DNA of 36,068 nucleotides, taken from a virus (Duplodnaviria; Caudoviricetes). A model generated the notes under the pieces. The model was given only the letters and a program-made list of their open reading frames with translations. It was not told the DNA's origin and searched no databases. The position numbers and the translations under genes are program-made. This document shows positions 33,385 to 36,068 of the stretch, piece after piece; position 1 is the first letter of the stretch; the number at the start of each line of letters is the position of its first letter. The stretch lies in the IMG/VR virus record IMGVR_UViG_3300020045_004627, positions 1 through 36,068 of that record. One strand, given 5' to 3'.

Positions 33385-33720
33385 TTAGTTTTGGTTTTTA
33401 CTTTTTGCTTCTTTAATTCTCTCTTGAAATGTACTTTTCTTTTTAATTGATTTGTTTTCGGTTAATTCTTTTATCTCGTCGTCAATCAATTGAATGAAAA
33501 TACGCTTAATGAAATAGTGAATAGTTCCTAAAACGAATACCGCAATTAGTGAAGTCCACAATAATTTCATTGCTTTGTCTGAGTTGCCCCAAATAAATAT
33601 AAATGGAACTGATACTAACGCGACAAGAAAAAATGCTTGAATTATTGCTATTGGTCTTAATATAAAACGACCAGCTTCGCTTGCTATATCTTCCTTTTCC
33701 TTTGTTGTTAATTCTCTCAT
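33385..33720 (-). CDS. Two-TM membrane protein
   Basis: Likely start MRELTT at 33720. Confidence 0.65.
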   Translation of the reverse strand: MRELTTKEKEDIASEAGRFILRPIAIIQAFFLVALVSVPFIFIWGNSDKAMKLLWTSLIAVFVLGTIHYFIKRIFIQLIDDEIKELTENKSIKKKSTFQERIKEAKSKNQN

Positions 33721-33722
33721 AA

Positions 33723-33935
33723 TTACTCTGTTTCGGTTTCTAATATCCATTGACCTTTGCCAAACAGGAAAGAACATCCTTTTTTTAGCAAGTAACATTC
33801 GTTCCCGTGTTCAGAAATCAAGTGAAATGAATAAACATCTTCTTCAATTACATCATACCGTTTACCTTTAATAAACGATGTATATTGTCTAGGTAAATCA
33901 CACTCGTGATACGCTACTCTTCTTCCTTTTGCCAT
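33723..33935 (-). CDS. Small SH3-like hypothetical protein
   Basis: FIKGKRYDVIEE pattern. Confidence 0.6.
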   Translation of the reverse strand: MAKGRRVAYHECDLPRQYTSFIKGKRYDVIEEDVYSFHLISEHGNECYLLKKGCSFLFGKGQWILETETE

Positions 33936-33937
33936 TG

Positions 33938-34123
33938 TTATTGTTTTTCTAATAAGTCTAAATTATGATTTTCCAATTGTTCCGCTACATCCCTAAAAGC
34001 TTCAATTAGTTGTTCAGAAGCAAACCCATCTACATCTAACACATCTGCTGTTAGTGTTATTCCTGAATCGATAATAGTTAATTCGGAAGTTGTTTTTCCA
34101 ATAAATCTTAAGTTAATATCCAT
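33938..34123 (-). CDS. Small acidic hypothetical protein
   Basis: 61 aa; first gene behind composite promoter 5. Confidence 0.65.
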   Translation of the reverse strand: MDINLRFIGKTTSELTIIDSGITLTADVLDVDGFASEQLIEAFRDVAEQLENHNLDLLEKQ

Positions 34124-34147
34124 TTTATCGTTTGTTTTTAGTTACCG

Positions 34148-34208
34148 CGAAGTTACGGTTTAGTTTTGGTTTGTAAATATGTTTTGGTAGTTTGGAATGA
34201 TTCTAAAT
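34148..34208 (-). promoter_or_regulatory. Composite early promoter 5 (operator flipped)
   Basis: TAACTTCG (34148-34155), TGTAAATATGTTT on plus (34172-34184), GTTTGGAATGATTCTAAAT (34190-34208). Confidence 0.7.
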
Positions 34209-34408
34209 TAGTCAGTACAAATGTCAAATGGAGTCCCGTCTAGTTCTTCGCATACCCAACAATCAGTTTCTTCATCGCCATTGTTAGTAGTGATAGTCAT
34301 CATTTGCCTATCGTTTTCAGCTATCGATATAGCTTCTTCCAATGTGTCAGCGAGTATAGTTGTATAAACGCTAACTGTTACTTTTGCGGACAGTTTAAAT
34401 TCTTGCAT
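34208..34408 (-). CDS. Small acidic hypothetical protein
   Basis: I.ADTLEEAISIAE pattern common in phage early proteins. Confidence 0.65.
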   Translation of the reverse strand: MQEFKLSAKVTVSVYTTILADTLEEAISIAENDRQMMTITTNNGDEETDCWVCEELDGTPFDICTD

Positions 34409-34411
34409 ACA

Positions 34412-34771
34412 TTAAATTTTGTTATCAATTTCGAAAGTCCCGATACTTGTTTTGAAGTAGAAGATTCCGAGTTGTTTTTGAAGTTGCCCAATAGTTAAAG
34501 ATGAACCACTTAAATCAAGCACATTCGTATTCTCGTTCAATACCACCATTTCTTCACCCAACGCTCGAAAGTACTTTTCAATCGTGGATAGATACGGATT
34601 CTTTATCGGTTTGTCTTTACCGTTTGATTTCGGATCTAAAAAGTGACCAACTGCCATTCTCGATATTCCGAGTTTCAAGGCTAGTTGTTTGTTATTCGTT
34701 CCCTTCGCTTCGATTAGCAACTTCACCAATTCGCTTACTGTTGTTTTCTGTGTCATTTTATCGTTTTTCAT
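34412..34771 (-). CDS. XRE-family HTH transcriptional regulator
   Basis: NNKQLALKLGISRMAVGHFL ... NPYLSTIEKYFRALG. Confidence 0.85.
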   Translation of the reverse strand: MKNDKMTQKTTVSELVKLLIEAKGTNNKQLALKLGISRMAVGHFLDPKSNGKDKPIKNPYLSTIEKYFRALGEEMVVLNENTNVLDLSGSSLTIGQLQKQLGIFYFKTSIGTFEIDNKI

Positions 34772-35037
34772 CTTGTACTACTTTTAACATTTCGCTAATT
34801 GCTTTTTCCAAATCATAGTGGTGAATCGTATAAAATCCAATTGGCGTGTCAGGATATGCTTGAACCGTAATAACAGTATCTCGTTTAACCATTTCATCAA
34901 AAACTTCTTTCTCGATTTCCTCTTTATCCTCGTCGCTAATATGGTCTTCAACTGACTCGTAATAATCCTTGTGATTATTAATTGAAACCGTTACACTACA
35001 TTTGCACAAGGCTATTAATTGTTGTAGTTTTTTTCAT
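34758..35037 (-). CDS. Hypothetical acidic protein with an apparent frameshift in an A7 run after the ATG
   Basis: ATG(35037)-A7-CTACAACAATTAATAGCC-TTG; removing one A gives MKKLQQLIALCKCSV..., in frame with ORF 34758..35009. Confidence 0.6.
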
Positions 35038-35040
35038 TTG

Positions 35041-35448
35041 TTATTCTTTAATTGTTAGTTCTTCGCCTGTCAAAGCGAAATAAAGGTTTTGTAGTTGTTG
35101 GACGTTGTTTATTATTTTATTACAATATATTGGCGTAAAATCAGTATGTATTGTCCTTGTATAAAACATAACTCCATTGTAATTATCTGTGTTGTAAATA
35201 ATAATTCTAACATTAAAAGACGGGTCTAAAATCCATTCATCATTGTTTTTAACAAACCCAAATTTTAACAACCATTCTTCTGTTAGTGGGATGGGTGAAT
35301 CCGCAAACCAACCGTTACACTTTATTTTATTAAAACCATCCCTAGTTTGAATGTGTGTTATTTGAGATGGATATAATTTGCCGTCGCATCTTATTTCGTT
35401 TACCCAATTTCCAATTCTAAATTCGTTAGCTTTCATTTCCATATCCAA
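35041..35448 (-). CDS. Conserved Bacteroidota phage hypothetical protein
   Basis: MKANEFRIGNWV, IPLTEEWLLKFGF and VQQLQNLYFALTGEEL motifs. Confidence 0.8.
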   Translation of the reverse strand: MDMEMKANEFRIGNWVNEIRCDGKLYPSQITHIQTRDGFNKIKCNGWFADSPIPLTEEWLLKFGFVKNNDEWILDPSFNVRIIIYNTDNYNGVMFYTRTIHTDFTPIYCNKIINNVQQLQNLYFALTGEELTIKE

Positions 35449-35639
35449 TTAATTAATCGATTCCAATTGTACGCTAGCCTTGAAGATGGGGTAAGTTCGT
35501 TTTTGTAGTAAAAATGTTCTACACTTGATGAGAGTATTTTGCATTTAAATAATACTGCACCATTCCCGAAATCAACTTGCACTTTCTCCAACGTCACGAA
35601 CTCGCGCGTTGTCTTTACCCTATAAATCTGTTTGCTCAT
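35433..35639 (-). CDS. Hypothetical protein
   Basis: Likely start MSKQIY at 35639. Confidence 0.55.
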   Translation of the reverse strand: MSKQIYRVKTTREFVTLEKVQVDFGNGAVLFKCKILSSSVEHFYYKNELTPSSRLAYNWNRLINWIWK

Positions 35640-35658
35640 TTTGTGTGATTTACCATAA

Positions 35659-35871
35659 TTAACAACTTCCGAATCTAAAAGAAATAAAGCCCTCTTCTTC
35701 TTCGCCCCAAATAAAACCCAAATCATCAAGGGTTTTTAAATCTTCTTCTGAAACCATTTCTAAAGTAATTCCGCAACCAACATAAAGCACATCATGCTCG
35801 CAATGAGTCGGACATCTATCTTCGTTGGCATACTTCAATAGAATTGTTAATGCTTGTATCAAGTCTTTCAT
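35659..35871 (-). CDS. Small acidic phage protein
   Basis: LIQALTILLKY..PTHCEHDVLYV..L..LGF..FISFRFGS. Confidence 0.7.
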   Translation of the reverse strand: MKDLIQALTILLKYANEDRCPTHCEHDVLYVGCGITLEMVSEEDLKTLDDLGFIWGEEEEGFISFRFGSC

Positions 35872-35947
35872 AATTTATATTTATTAATCCCAAGGTTCTT
35901 CACTTTGAATTCCTCGACTGTATTCGTGTTCGTAATGTTTGCGTGTC

Positions 35948-36068
35948 CAAGCTTTGATTTCCTCATGCAGTCCTTCTGATAAATCAGTTAACTCGTAGTT
36001 CGTGCCTTTAACTGGAAAAGCTTCTGATAACTCCATTGTCCAATCTTCTTCGTTTTCTTCAAGCGTTA
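35948..36068. repeat. Terminal direct repeat, copy 2 (121 bp)
   Basis: Identical to 1-121. Confidence 0.97.

Noticed and set aside
4014-34818. Short plus-strand ORFs in the track (4014, 7180, 8503, 9032, 11042, 11891, 13081, 15162, 15883, 17923, 18409, 24148, 25319, 26450, 28387, 31408, 31771, 32783, 34304, 34501)
   Set aside because: They are antisense shadows of well-supported minus-strand genes, with no motifs or promoters.
35948-36068. 121-bp terminal repeat as a biological phage terminal repeat
   Set aside because: It falls mid-ORF and its length is typical of an assembler k-mer overlap. A PBSX/Sf6-type terminase suggests headful packaging with circular permutation instead.
1-36068. 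Stop-codon reassignment, DGR, CRISPR array, tRNA, integrase, introns or inteins
   Set aside because: Genes are intact and densely packed in the standard code with TAA, TAG and TGA all used as stops. I saw no RT, TR/VR pair, regularly spaced repeats, cloverleaf, recombinase catalytic motifs or intein termini.

Overview
This window is an apparently complete, circularly assembled genome of about 35.9 kb from an AT-rich tailed dsDNA phage of Bacteroidota. Bases 35948-36068 repeat bases 1-121, and one ORF reads through that junction. The host assignment rests on TAnnTTTG promoters, A-rich leaders without Shine-Dalgarno sites, and a DUF4494 gene; a flavobacterial host is likely. The gene set is siphovirus-like. 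Nearly all genes are on the minus strand: early/accessory genes, an XRE regulator, a putative recombinase plus exonuclease, a DUF4373 initiator plus DnaB-like helicase, terS/terL, prohead protease, HK97-fold capsid, tail genes with a 1021-aa tape measure, and a lysis cassette. The portal gene alone is on the plus strand. I recognised no integrase, polymerase, tRNA or CRISPR array. Main observations: (1) five early promoters share a three-part layout of a -7 box, a GTAAA-N4-TTTAC-type operator, and a helically phased 19-bp site resembling the flavobacterial Fur box, suggesting an iron-responsive phage regulon; (2) the prohead protease has its catalytic blocks in swapped order; (3) three perfect XerD-arm sequences, at least one forming a full dif-like site, occur in an integrase-less phage; (4) two promoter-terminator units flank the lysin and could make sRNAs antisense to translation starts; (5) a P4-CI/P1-C4-like hairpin switch precedes the replication genes; (6) there are two further structured RNA candidates. 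All family assignments come from motif recognition by eye, not from database searches.
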